Positions 1-10,432 of a DNA stretch of 33,458 nt are shown piece by piece. The notes beneath the pieces were generated by a model. The model worked only from the letters and a program-made list of their open reading frames with translations. It was not told where the DNA came from and searched no databases. The stretch covers positions 1 to 33,458 of the forward strand of contig NW_021832086.1 in the NCBI RefSeq assembly GCF_006345805.1, in the 5' to 3' direction. This DNA is from Octopus sinensis. Lineage: Eukaryota. The translations under genes and the position numbers were made by a program. Numbering within the stretch: the stretch's first letter is position 1; each line of letters opens with the position of its first letter.

Positions 1-143
1 GTTTGTTTTCGTCCAGGTGCTTGTTCAGCCTTTGCGATATCACTGCAGTAAATGCCTTGAACATTGTAGGGAGGCAGGTTATTGGTCTGTAGTTTTCTGG
101 CTTTGTTGTTTCATTTGATTTGGGAATTAAGATGGTTTTCCCC

Positions 144-145
<2 letters not shown>
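1..145 (-). mobile_element. Non-LTR retrotransposon reverse transcriptase fragment, R4/Dong-like; 5'-truncated and running off the window start
   Basis: Minus strand 145..2 translates without a stop to KGKTILIPKSNETTKPENYRPITCLPTMFKAFTAVISQRLNKHLDENK, which contains the LIPK...NYRPI(T/S)CL motif at the start of the LINE RT domain. The GKT.LIPK/YRPITCLPT form resembles R4/Dong-type RTs (clade assigned from memory). Confidence 0.85.

Positions 146-210
<65 letters not shown>
144..210. repeat. (TTA)n microsatellite
   Basis: Perfect TTA/TAA array directly abutting the RT fragment. Confidence 0.98.
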
Positions 211-211
<1 letters not shown>

Positions 212-303
212 TCATCTTTTCAAATTCCAGTTGAGCACTGGAGACCATTTGTTCGATAAACCTCCTCCCCGTAAATTCCAGGCCTTGCGTCTATAGCAGA
301 AAG
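211..303 (+). mobile_element. Degenerate 3' fragment of a family B/C tRNA-SINE
   Basis: ttcatc...ccagttgagcactgg...cctcctcccc..aaattccaggccttgcgtctatagcagaaag resembles the 3' half of the copies at 7801, 12199 and 16209. Confidence 0.5.
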
Positions 304-339
304 GTTTATGTTTTTATGTACGCATTTGTGTGTGTGTGT

Positions 340-377
<38 letters not shown>

Positions 378-448
378 AGTGAGTGAGCGTGTAAATATAA
401 TTATTTATGTGTGCGTATATATATATATATACATATACATATGTATAT

Positions 449-866
449 GGCAGGAGTGGCTGTGTGGTAAGAAGCTTGCTAACCAACCACATGGTTCCGG
501 GTTCTCAGTCCACTGCGTGGCATCTTGGGCCAAGTGTCTTCTGCTATAGCCGGGTCGACCAATGCCTTGTGAGTGGTTTGGTAGACGGAACCTGAAAGAA
601 GCCTGTCGTAATATGTATATATATATAAGTGTGTGAGTATATGTTAGTGTTTCTGTGTTTGTCCCCCTAGCATTGCTTGACAACCGATGCTGGTGTGTGT
701 GTTTACGTCCCCGTCACTTAGGCGGTCGGCAAAGAGACCGATAGAATAAGTACTGGGCTTACAAAGAATAAGTCCCGGGGTCGATTTTGCTCGACTAAAG
801 GCGGTGCTCCAGCATGGCCGCAGTCAAATGACTGAAACAAGTAAAAGAGTAAAAGAGTAAAGAGTA
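449..866 (+). mobile_element. Family A composite tRNA-derived SINE, near full length
   Basis: A-box-like TGGCTGTGTGG, B-box-like GGTTC(T)CAGTCC, CORE-like cttgggc(c)aagtgtctt, internal (AT)/(GT) linker, 3' unit ending ggcggtgctccagcatggccgcagtc and a (TAAAAGAG)n tail. Closely similar to 4156-4586 and to inverted copies at 17752 and 22010. Confidence 0.92.
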
Positions 867-1604
867 ATATGTGTGTGTGCTAGTGCGCATGCGTAAATTT
901 ATTAATTGTTCATATATCACAAGATGACGTGATATTCCGACTCTCGCCTTTAGAAGGATGATTTGTGTTTTTGTCGTATCGCCTTGTTATAAGACAAAAA
1001 TATAACAAATACGCCCACACTATCACAATGAGTTCAGTTCTAACTTTACTGTCCGTAATCACGCTACATTTGTACGAAATCGTGTGTACTCGTGCACTTA
1101 TATGTAACTTTGCACTAACATAACCTGAGTTTTATTATTTTCAATTTTAATTTGTTTGGATCGATAAATGTTTTTTTCTCTTTTCACAAACGGAAATGGC
1201 AGAGAAAGAGATATAAAAAAAAAAGCTAGGCTGAAATGATGTGTTCGCTGAAACGTACTTTGTTTCCTACTGAATGCATTTCATTACTTTATTTAGCTCC
1301 AGGAATTTCGTTCAGTTCAAATCAGATGTGATGGGATTAATTTAAACCTGTTTTATACTAACCACAATATATAATTTAGGTTTCCATTTTCTTTTTTCAT
1401 TTCCCTTTCCTTCTAGCTTCGAGCCCTCTAGCTGCGACCACGCTGGAGCCCCATATGAATGTGTTCCCCTTGATGATTAAATCTAACATCACGTTCTCAG
1501 CTATGTAGTCATATTGTGGATATTTTTTCCTCGGTGCACGAGATATTGACACAACGATACGTGACTCTTAAAATAATTCAACTCTCTAAAAAAAAGGACA
1601 TAAA

Positions 1605-1607
1605 TAC

Positions 1608-1638
<31 letters not shown>

Positions 1639-1664
1639 ATATATTATATATATATATTATAATA

Positions 1665-1694
<30 letters not shown>
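1605..1694. repeat. (AT)n microsatellite
   Basis: Interrupted AT dinucleotide run. Confidence 0.95.
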
Positions 1695-1695
<1 letters not shown>

Positions 1696-1859
1696 GAGTG
1701 ATCAAAATATTTGAAATTTCCATTACCAGTGATAGGATTTTCGTTTTAAAAATATTATACGTTATGGCGGTTTGAAATTTAACTGTCCTCTCTAGCGTGC
1801 AAGGAATCCTATGTTGGATACCTCTTATATGTGTAAATGTACACTGTATTTATATATAT

Positions 1860-2043
1860 GTTAGTTAGTTAGTTAGTTAGTTAGTTAATTTGGCTCAAAA
1901 GCAAATAGCAAGGCCATGTAGGGGGACATGGAGTTAAGTACAGGGTGGTGTTCATGTAAAGAGTTCAGGCCAATTGAGGCTAAGGGAGGCTTTTAACAAA
2001 GTGGTCGTCGGCATCTTCACCATCTCGTCTGGCAGCTTGTTCC

Positions 2044-2047
<4 letters not shown>
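1860..2047 (-). mobile_element. 3' end of a CR1-type LINE (ORF2 C-terminus, 3' UTR and (TAAC)n tail)
   Basis: Minus 2047..1952 translates to PWNKLPDEMVKMPTTTLLKASLSLNWPELFT*, carrying the WNxLP motif typical of CR1/L2 ORF2 ends. A short UTR and a (TAAC)n tail follow. The same terminus recurs at 5669-5740. Confidence 0.75.
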
Positions 2048-2088
<41 letters not shown>

Positions 2089-2314
2089 GTTCAATTTGAA
2101 AATCCATCACCGGAATGGATGCAACTTGGAAACTCCACCAGAATGGACGAAAGCGCTAATATATGACATATGATATAAGTTATATACAAATAAATATCTG
2201 TAAACATAAAACCATCCGAATTCTGAGTACCTCATTTCTTCTAATATAAAATACCTGTACATCTTCTCCAACCTAATATTTTTCGTATTATATAAAATAT
2301 ATATATAAAATATA

Positions 2315-2353
<39 letters not shown>

Positions 2354-2404
2354 TATACACACACAATTATGTATTTAAATGTCTTGATTTTCATTCTTTC
2401 TGTT

Positions 2405-2500
2405 TCGATGAGTACAAGCTGAGCAAGCACTGTGGTCGACGAAATCGAATTACCTCCTCCCCCCAAATTGCAGACCTTGAGCCAAAATTTGAAACCAGTA
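2405..2500 (+). mobile_element. Degenerate 3' fragment of a family C SINE
   Basis: gagtac..gcactgtggtcgacgaaatcgaattacctcctccccc..ccttgagccaaaatttgaaacc matches the reverse complement of the tail of the 16209-16420 copy. Confidence 0.6.
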
Positions 2501-3600
2501 TTTAGATATATACGTGCACACTTTCATATATATATAATATATATATATATATTGTGTAAAAGACCACAGGTTAGAATCGAATCCGGAAATACGTTTTTGT
2601 CACAAATTTTTTAACTATTCAACCATACTTCCAACGATATCAAACTAATGATTTCGTTTCAAAAATCGATTAGTCTTGCTGTGTGTGTGTTTTTTTTTAA
2701 TTGGCCTTATCTCTAGTCAATAGGAACCAATAATATTGAAACCATTTTATAGTTTGTTAATCTGATTCCCTTGCGTCCTGCTGGCTTACAGACATGTTCA
2801 TTCTATTCATTTATTTATTTATTTGCATGTTTATATCATTATTCATTCATTTATTTATTTGCTATTTCTTATCTCGGTTTCTCATTTAATTTTGTAGCTG
2901 TTCTAGAATAGACCATATCTTTGATTGCGCTTTTTTTCTTCTTTTCAAAATAAATAAACTACAAAGCGGAACCCCCACACACGAAGAAGCATCACAAACA
3001 CAGACACACATACGCCAAGACAGTCACACAGTAATGAAACTAAGCAAGCAAATTAAATAATAATAATAATAATAATAAAACTACGGTGAACTAATAAAAA
3101 AAAACACAGAGCAGAAATTAAAAATTAAGATTATCACCAAACAGCTATTGCCGAAAGCCGTTATGTCGCGTATAAAACAATTCTTGCTTCCACTAATCAT
3201 TGTTTGACTATCTATCTACTTATTGTATTATTCATTTAGTTATTTCTCTTGTGTGTTTTGTTTTATATACTCTATCCTATTGTTTTCTTTTTCTTATAGG
3301 ACAATTTGAAAAATTCGATTTAAATTACTGGTTAATGGTAGAATACTATGACGGAAAGAAATACGTAAAAATAGATTTAGGTTTGCTTGTATTTTATCTC
3401 AAACGACACTAGTAACAGCAGCTTCTAAGACTTCTTGCGGAGAATAGATTTTAATAAAACAACATGATTTTTAAATAATTAATTTAATGACAGGTAACTA
3501 ATTTTTTTTCTTTATATTTGTTGTTTCGTTTTATGTCACACACCGTTTCAAAGCTTTCGCGATTTGGATAGTTAGATCGAATTGCTATTATGTCATTCCT

Positions 3601-4020
3601 GGGATCTTTTCTGTTTGAACGGCAGTTTTTAACATAATTTCTAGGTAACTAAAAAAATTTAAACTTCGTATACTGGTAGAATGTGTTTATAAAACATCTT
3701 TTTCTCTTGACTTTATTGAGAAAATTCTATAGTTTGTAAGATATTTGTTGTTTTCTTTACTTCAATTTCTGCAATTTCCACCAATCAATGACGTCCATTG
3801 AGGTAAAAAAAACATTCTATGCCGTATGAATATGTCCCTCGTTTAAGAAACAGATTGGGTTTATTTACATTCGTGAAGAAAAAAAATACCTTCCCGCCAC
3901 CCCTAACCCTAACCCTAAAACAGATTGAAATGCAATAGATCGATACTAGGTTCATAATTGTGGGTGACAATTTCATATGATACCGCTAGTAAAAACTGCC
4001 GTTCAAACCGAAAATATCCC
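3601..4020. mobile_element. Non-autonomous TIR DNA transposon (MITE-like), 420 bp; superfamily unassigned
   Basis: 31-bp TIRs gggatcttttctgtttgaacggcagttttta (3601-3631) and taaaaactgccgttcaaaccgaaaatatccc (3990-4020) with 2 mismatches. Direct repeat ATTCCT on both flanks (3595-3600, 4021-4026). Internal (CCCTAA)3 at 3901-3918. Confidence 0.9.
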
Positions 4021-4155
4021 ATTCCTGAAATAAATCAAGGAAAAGTTTTTAATCAAGTACAAGATGTAACAGTAGGACCCAAGCCACGAGGCTCCGGTTA
4101 ATAGCCAAGTGTAATATTATCTCTGGTTAAAATGAAGGGCACAATAATTTTATAA

Positions 4156-4586
4156 CGCAGAGTGGCTGTGTGGTAAGTAGCTTGCTAACCAACCACATGG
4201 TTCCGGGTTCAGTCCCACTGCGTGGCATCTTCGGCAAGTGTCTTCTGCTATAGCCCCGGGCCGACCAAAACCTTGTGAGTGGATTTGGTAGACGGAAACT
4301 GATAGAAGCCTGTCGTATATATGTATATATATATATACATGTATGCGTGTGTGTGTGTTTGTGTGTCTTTGTTTGTCCCCCTAGCATTGCTTGACAACCG
4401 ATGCTGGTGTGTTTATGTCCCCGTTACCTAGCGGTTCGGCAAAAGAGACCGATAGAATAAGTACTGGGCTTACAAAAGAATAAGTCCCTGGGTCGAGTTA
4501 CTCGATTAAAGGCGGCGCTCCAGCATGGCCGCAGTCATATGACTGAAACAAGTAAAAGAGTAAAAGAGTAAAAGAGTAAAAGAGTA
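4156..4586 (+). mobile_element. Family A composite tRNA-derived SINE, near full length
   Basis: Same head, internal microsatellite, 3' unit and (TAAAAGAG)n tail as 449-866; B box GGTTCAGTCCC. Confidence 0.93.
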
Positions 4587-4857
4587 CTCACTTCCTGGAA
4601 GAAAAGCATTGTTATGATCATATATGTAATGTGGGTGACCAGAGGTCAACGTAGTTACGATCTAAATTCAACTACGCAATCTTTGTTTTTGAGTGTTTAT
4701 CTGGCATGAATGTCTCTTATCCTCTCTGACCTCAGTTTCAAATCATATACTATTGCATATCCAAATATATGATAATAATTATGTTAAATAGATGCACGAA
4801 CGGGATACGCCGACTGTTATAAATGTGTGTCTGTGTGTACGTGTGGTGTGTGCCTAT

Positions 4858-4872
4858 GTATATATATATATA

Positions 4873-4950
<78 letters not shown>
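4858..4950. repeat. (AT)n-(ATT)n compound microsatellite
   Basis: Seen directly; source of the poly-Ile ORFs at 4750 and 4823. Confidence 0.95.
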
Positions 4951-4952
<2 letters not shown>

Positions 4953-5315
4953 GTAGAAAAATACAACTGGGACAGAACGCAAAACACTTAGAAGAAGATA
5001 CAAAAAACACAGACGGGACATTCAAGAACCGGATCATCGTAGCAATTTCGGCTGATTAATCTTGAGATCGCTCCGATCCGGCCAGCCCCCAAGGGAAACC
5101 TAAGCTACGAGCATTAGAAAAACTAAGCTACGAGCATTATATTTCTTGGAGGAAGGATCGAATGTATACGAAACAGGGACAGAAAAACGGACGATGCGAC
5201 ACGAATATAAAATACAAAAAACAATAATGAAATACAAAAAACAAAAACGAAATACAAAAAACAATATTGGTAAAATCAGGACGAAAACAGCAGGTATATG
5301 GGTGTCACTATTCAT

Positions 5316-5381
5316 GGTAACACGTGCTGAAGAAGCTAAGGTTTTATTTTACCAATGCAGAAACCGGTCGGCGTGAGTCCA
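5316..5381 (+). ncRNA. Type I hammerhead-ribozyme-like motif (Penelope-like element type), possibly inactive
   Basis: CTGAAGA (5327-5333), stem II, GAAAC-CG-GTC (5360-5369) with palindromic ACCGGT stem III; stem I CACGT (5321-5325) pairs with GCGTG (5371-5375). G-G and A-A mismatches at the bases of stems I and II. Confidence 0.6.
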
Positions 5382-5668
5382 AATACTTAAATGTATGTTA
5401 GTAGATGGTCTTAACCTTTTTTCGTTTGATTTCTGTAGTTTTCATCAGTATATTTTTGGCGATTTAATAAGAGATTTTGACTGTTATTTCTAGCAAGTAA
5501 ACATACTTAGTATGTCCTTTGATAAAGTTTGATCCCTCGGCCATTCAATGCTATTTTTTGGCCTGCTATCGCCTGTGTCATTGATTCTGTTATTATCATT
5601 TTTAAAATAGTTACATTGGATAATAATAGAATTAATGACACCTTCGTAAATTAATTTTTGATATATAT

Positions 5669-5740
5669 GTTAGCTATTTAGTTAGTTAGTTAGTTAATTT
5701 TTTGGCTCAAAAAGCAAAAAAGCAAGGCCATGGAGTGGGG
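5669..5740 (-). mobile_element. Very short 3'-terminal fragment of the CR1-type LINE seen at 1860-2047
   Basis: (TTAG)n-ttaatt..tggctcaaaa..gcaaa..agcaaggccatg is shared with 1860-1920. Confidence 0.75.
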
Positions 5741-6009
5741 CCATCCAAGGAATTGAAATATATATATAAATCGAAGTGTACAGTATTACAGTATTATAAA
5801 TCCGTTAAGGTTGATCTTACCCATCAGTTTTACACAAGCGGTTCATTTTTCATTCCATAACAGCTCCCTTGGATATATAATATATAAATATATATCGTTG
5901 CTATTATGCAAAAGTGTCGTAAGTGCAAAATGTTGATTTTTCAGAAATACAATAAATAGTTCCATCATTCCATTTCTTTTTAATTTAACAACAGTTTCAG
6001 CTTAATAAT

Positions 6010-6450
6010 ACTATGTCGAGTTCATAAAATGGCATTTCCATGCATGTATGATATTTTCAGTTGGAAATATTTCCGCAAATCTGTTGTATTTGGTGGAGCT
6101 TACAACACTTTTTGGAAACTGCTAAACCGTTGTACTACAGTTTGACAATTTTCATCTGAAGCAGCTACAGATACGAGTTTACCCAAAAGAATCAGCTATT
6201 GAAAGTAATATTAAATATTGAAAAAAGACGCCTTTGGCCAGATTTGGACATATGACAGTTTAACATAACAGCAACGATATGTACTTATAAATCTAAGAAA
6301 ATTCATCTAGGAAGTGGGCATGATCAGATAACTTTTAAACAGAAGTCTTCTCAGTTGGATGTGATCTGGGACTAGTGAATGGCAGTAAGAGAACAAATGC
6401 AGCGGCACTTACAATGCATTACGCTTTGCATATTTATGTTTCTTAGAAGC
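6010..6450 (+). mobile_element. Possible heavily decayed mariner transposase N-terminal relic
   Basis: Only scattered resemblance by eye (FQL, R..C.VFG, LG.W.H-like segments) with frameshifts and no ORF. Confidence 0.25.
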
Positions 6451-7619
6451 AATAAAAGACCCTGAAAATTTACAGATTTGAAAGATGCTTAGGAAACAAA
6501 ACTTATATAGAGTTATCAACGAGATTTTAATGAAATTGAATTTTAACGATTTATGGTGAAACAAATATAATTTTTCCTGTTTCAATGATTTTACTCAGAA
6601 AAATTAACACTTAATTAACCATTCCATAAAATGTTAATACTTGGAAAATCCATGCGGTAGACTATGCTTGCATCTATAAAGAAGAGTAACCTCTGCCTAT
6701 TTCGATGGTTTAGAACAGAAAATACCATTTAATCAGTATAACTTCGTATTCTCCTATGAAAACAACCCGATCACTTATAAACAGGATCCATTTCTCCTTT
6801 ACCAAAGCGGCGTCCGTTATTGGTCATGACTGATCACGAGTCGTGTCTACTCAGATCCTACTAAGTTAGTATCTCTCGTCAATACACGAACGCCTTAAAT
6901 GCTGAACTCACTGACAACAAAACCAAACCTTCTTCAGTACAAACTCAACATTAGAGAATATATCTTTGTTCATTTTAAAACGAAAGCATTCCGTAAAGGT
7001 GCGACAAAGAGATTATCTGCATCCGATTCAATGAGGCTATAAATGTTATAGACCCGTTTCTTTCTTTCATGCGAAATGATTATTAGTAAGTAGATGCCAT
7101 TGTACTTTTTTCTTTCAAATGAACAAAATTTGTTCGGTGCAGGATTCAATCTCAAACTGTATGTGTGCCAGGTCACGGTATATAGTTCTACATACATATC
7201 TGTTTTTCAGATTACCAACTATTTCCTAAAGATATGATTATAAAGTTCGCCAACAAAAAAAGAAACTACTTCCATGACACTTTACATTCGTTTCTTTGTA
7301 TTTATTTATTCTTTTTATCCAATCAGTATCATGACACAAGTTGTCAGAAATATGCGACGTGTCTATAGGAAAATTATCCAAGGATAACCTAAACGAAACT
7401 AGAAATAATAAGAAAGTGAAACCCAAATTAAAATTAAGTATTGGAATCGTGCACTGGAACCAATTCCATCTGTCATTTGCAGATCACCAGACACATCGGT
7501 ACAGATACAGATTTGTATTTCATACAGACGATGTAACGGATTTGTTTTAAATATATGAATTATTTTCTAGTTTACTAATTCTATACTCTTTTACTTGTAA
7601 TAATTTTATTCTCTTATAT

Positions 7620-7742
7620 TCTTCAATGATTGGGCTTCGGTCATAATACTGTGCTATGATTGAAGGCATGTTAAATTCAGTATGTATTTTTTTATGTCTG
7701 GTACTTATTCTATCGGATACTTATTACCCAACTTCTGAGTTA
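7620..7742 (-). mobile_element. Degenerate 3'-unit fragment of a family A SINE
   Basis: ctggtacttattctatcgg at about 7698-7716 is the reverse complement of the family A ccgatagaataagtac; flanks are loosely similar. Confidence 0.5.
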
Positions 7743-7800
7743 TGATGTGACTATATATCTATACATACATATATATATATACATACATATATACATACAA

Positions 7801-8031
7801 AAGGTGGCGAGCTGGCAGAGACGTTAGCACGCCGGGCGAAGTGCTTCGCAGTATTTCGCCCGTCGCTACGTTCTGAGTTCAAATTCCGCCGAGGTCGACT
7901 TTGCCTTTCATCCTTTCGGGGTCGATAAATTAAGTACCAGCTACGCACTGGGGTCGATGTAATCGACTTAATTCGTTTGTCTGTCTTTGCTTGTCCCCTC
8001 TATGTTTAACCCCTTGTCGGTAGTAAAGAAA
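7801..8031 (+). mobile_element. Family B tRNA-derived SINE, full length
   Basis: Head ggtggcgagctggcag, B box GAGTTCAAATTCC, central gtcgactttgcctttcatcctttcggggtcgataaattaagtaccag. High identity to 12199-12430. Confidence 0.93.
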
Positions 8032-8194
8032 CATATACATACATATATATGCATACATATAGCCATTTTGGAGCACCGCCGTTTTTCTGCACTGTTATTA
8101 CTGAGATCCTCCTCTAATATGTGGCACTTGGTGTAGAATGGAGTTTGACGTATTTACCTTCAGTTACACCTCGTGCCACGTGAGGTACGTACGT

Positions 8195-8405
8195 CTGGAA
8201 CTCTCCTCACAGGAAATGGTCCAGCCTTGATTTAAAAATGCCTCCTTCTACTTTGTGCAGGTTCCTCAGGCTCTTTGGGAGAATATAAAACAAACTGTGG
8301 GACACTGAAAACCAGGCTGTTGCAGTAACTGGGCCGGAAGCGCGATGGCATTGCTGGGATTTTTGGCACTGTGCGATGTCGACCCGTTCTGGCACTGATG
8401 TAGAA
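8195..8405 (-). mobile_element. Decayed CR1/L2-group LINE ORF2 C-terminal fragment
   Basis: Two minus frames give ARTGRHRTVPKIPAMPSRFRPSYCNSLVF and LFYILPKSLRNLHKVEGGIFKSRLDHFL*. The LFNxLP..LR...FK..LD.FL pattern is typical of CR1/L2-group ORF2 ends; one frameshift. Confidence 0.7.
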
Positions 8406-8500
8406 TTCAGTGTTACACCAATATATATATATATATATAATATATATATATATTATATATTATTTTGTGTGTGTGTGTGTATGTTGTGTGTGTATGTGTG

Positions 8501-8545
<45 letters not shown>

Positions 8546-8775
8546 TAAATAATAAAATATTAGGGAATAAATCCAAATTTACAGGGAAAAATCAGATTTA
8601 GGATTAATCCAATTTATAGTATAAATATATTATATTATATTATATTATATTAAATTAGAGATAAAACCACTATTATGCAAATCAAACAATGAAAAACATA
8701 AGCCAATAGGTAAAATTAATTAATTTATATTATTTTAAATATATATCAAAAGTATTAAAAGTTTAATAAAAGATA

Positions 8776-8779
8776 AAGA

Positions 8780-8812
<33 letters not shown>

Positions 8813-8814
8813 AT

Positions 8815-8859
<45 letters not shown>

Positions 8860-8892
8860 ACATACATATATAATATATACATACATATATGT

Positions 8893-8942
<50 letters not shown>

Positions 8943-9030
8943 TACACACATACATACATACATACATGCATGCATAATACATACATACATACATACATAC
9001 ATACATACATACATACATACATACATACAT
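8776..9030. repeat. Compound (ATGT)n/(AT)n/(ATAC)n microsatellite
   Basis: Seen directly; explains five overlapping ORF-track entries. Confidence 0.95.
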
Positions 9031-9121
9031 ACTTACATAATTTCGAGTCTGTTCGTATAGGTATTACCACAATATCTAAATTTCAGTTCCTACATTTTTG
9101 AAGTTTCACGTCTGCTTTCAG

Positions 9122-9469
9122 TAATATCAACTGCTATTTCTAACGAAACGTGCTGCCACTGGTTCAACAGCTCGTATCACTGAAATTACACGATAGAGAA
9201 GGTATTGTAAAATAGATAGCCAACTACTTCCATTAATTATAACACCGTGCTGAACTTCTATACTTGTATATTTCCTTTGAAGCCTCTATCAGACTAAATA
9301 GCCAGAAATACACAGTACGAAAACAATACATTCAATTGTTACATAACCTCTTACTTTATGGATGACCTAAAATATTCGCCAAATATTCTATAAAATATTA
9401 CCGCAATTCATGAACCAGAAATATATCAATGTAGAGCATATTTAAACAAAATAGGAAGCGATGTTTCGG
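9122..9469 (+). pseudogene. Speculative decayed phase 1-1 exon of an extracellular, N-glycosylated, possibly Ig-like protein
   Basis: Acceptor tctgctttcag (ends 9121) and donor G|GTAAGA (9470) bound 348 nt in matching phase. The frame has five NxS/T sequons and ...TFNCYITS...NITAIHEPEIYQCRAYLNKIGSDVS, but also five stop codons. Confidence 0.2.
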
Positions 9470-10354
9470 GTAAGAATTTACATGAAGAAATCTTATACAC
9501 TTCCATAAAAGAATCCAAAACAAGAATTTTTAAAAATAACATCCACAGTTCTTTTCTTTTCCTTCAATTCCGATATTCTTATATTCACAATAAATAATTG
9601 AAAAAACTGCACGAAGATTTATGAGGAGATTGAGAGGAGCAAAAATATAAAATCTATTTTGTTTCAAAATGATAAAAAAAAAAATGGCAAAAAAAAAACA
9701 GATCGAATACAGAAAGAGAGAAAACAAAATCATGATATGTTTCACTTGTTATTTTTTCCAGCTGATTCAATATAGACTCATATCATGATGTTCACATTCG
9801 TTGCTTTTGCATTTTGAATTTATAAGAAACATCGAACACCAAAAGTGAAGAAAAGAATATATACATATAGACATACATACTCACACACACATATACATAC
9901 ATACACGCACAAAGATATTAATATAGAAAACCTCAGCAAAATCTGCAGAAAACTATTTTAACAAATGAAGATTTATTCCTTTCCTTCGATTTCATAACAG
10001 AAAGAAAAAGAAAAAAAAATATTAAGAGCAACAAAAATAACGTGCACGGGCGTGGGATAAGATTAATATAAAAACGAAAGCTCAGATGAGAAAATTTAAC
10101 TTGTCAACAGTTAGGATATTTGCGCAATGGAGATAAAATTGATATTGCAAATTGCATAGGTCAATGGTGGATAATACATGTAATATGCCAGTATGATATA
10201 ATGGTGTGCAAAGGAAGCTTATTGAAATAAATATCCGATGCAATTTTCAAACAGTGTGAGAGCCATTTATCAAAACTTATTCATGGAATGGTTCTCAATG
10301 GTCAAACTGCACCAAATTTGTTGTGTTAGGTTTCAATAGGTTTCCGATCTCCAA

Positions 10355-10376
10355 TATAATATAATATAATATGATA

Positions 10377-10432
<56 letters not shown>

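Noticed and set aside
3901-3918. (CCCTAA)3 as a telomere or chromosome-fusion scar
   Set aside because: Only three units, and they lie inside a TIR-bounded transposon.
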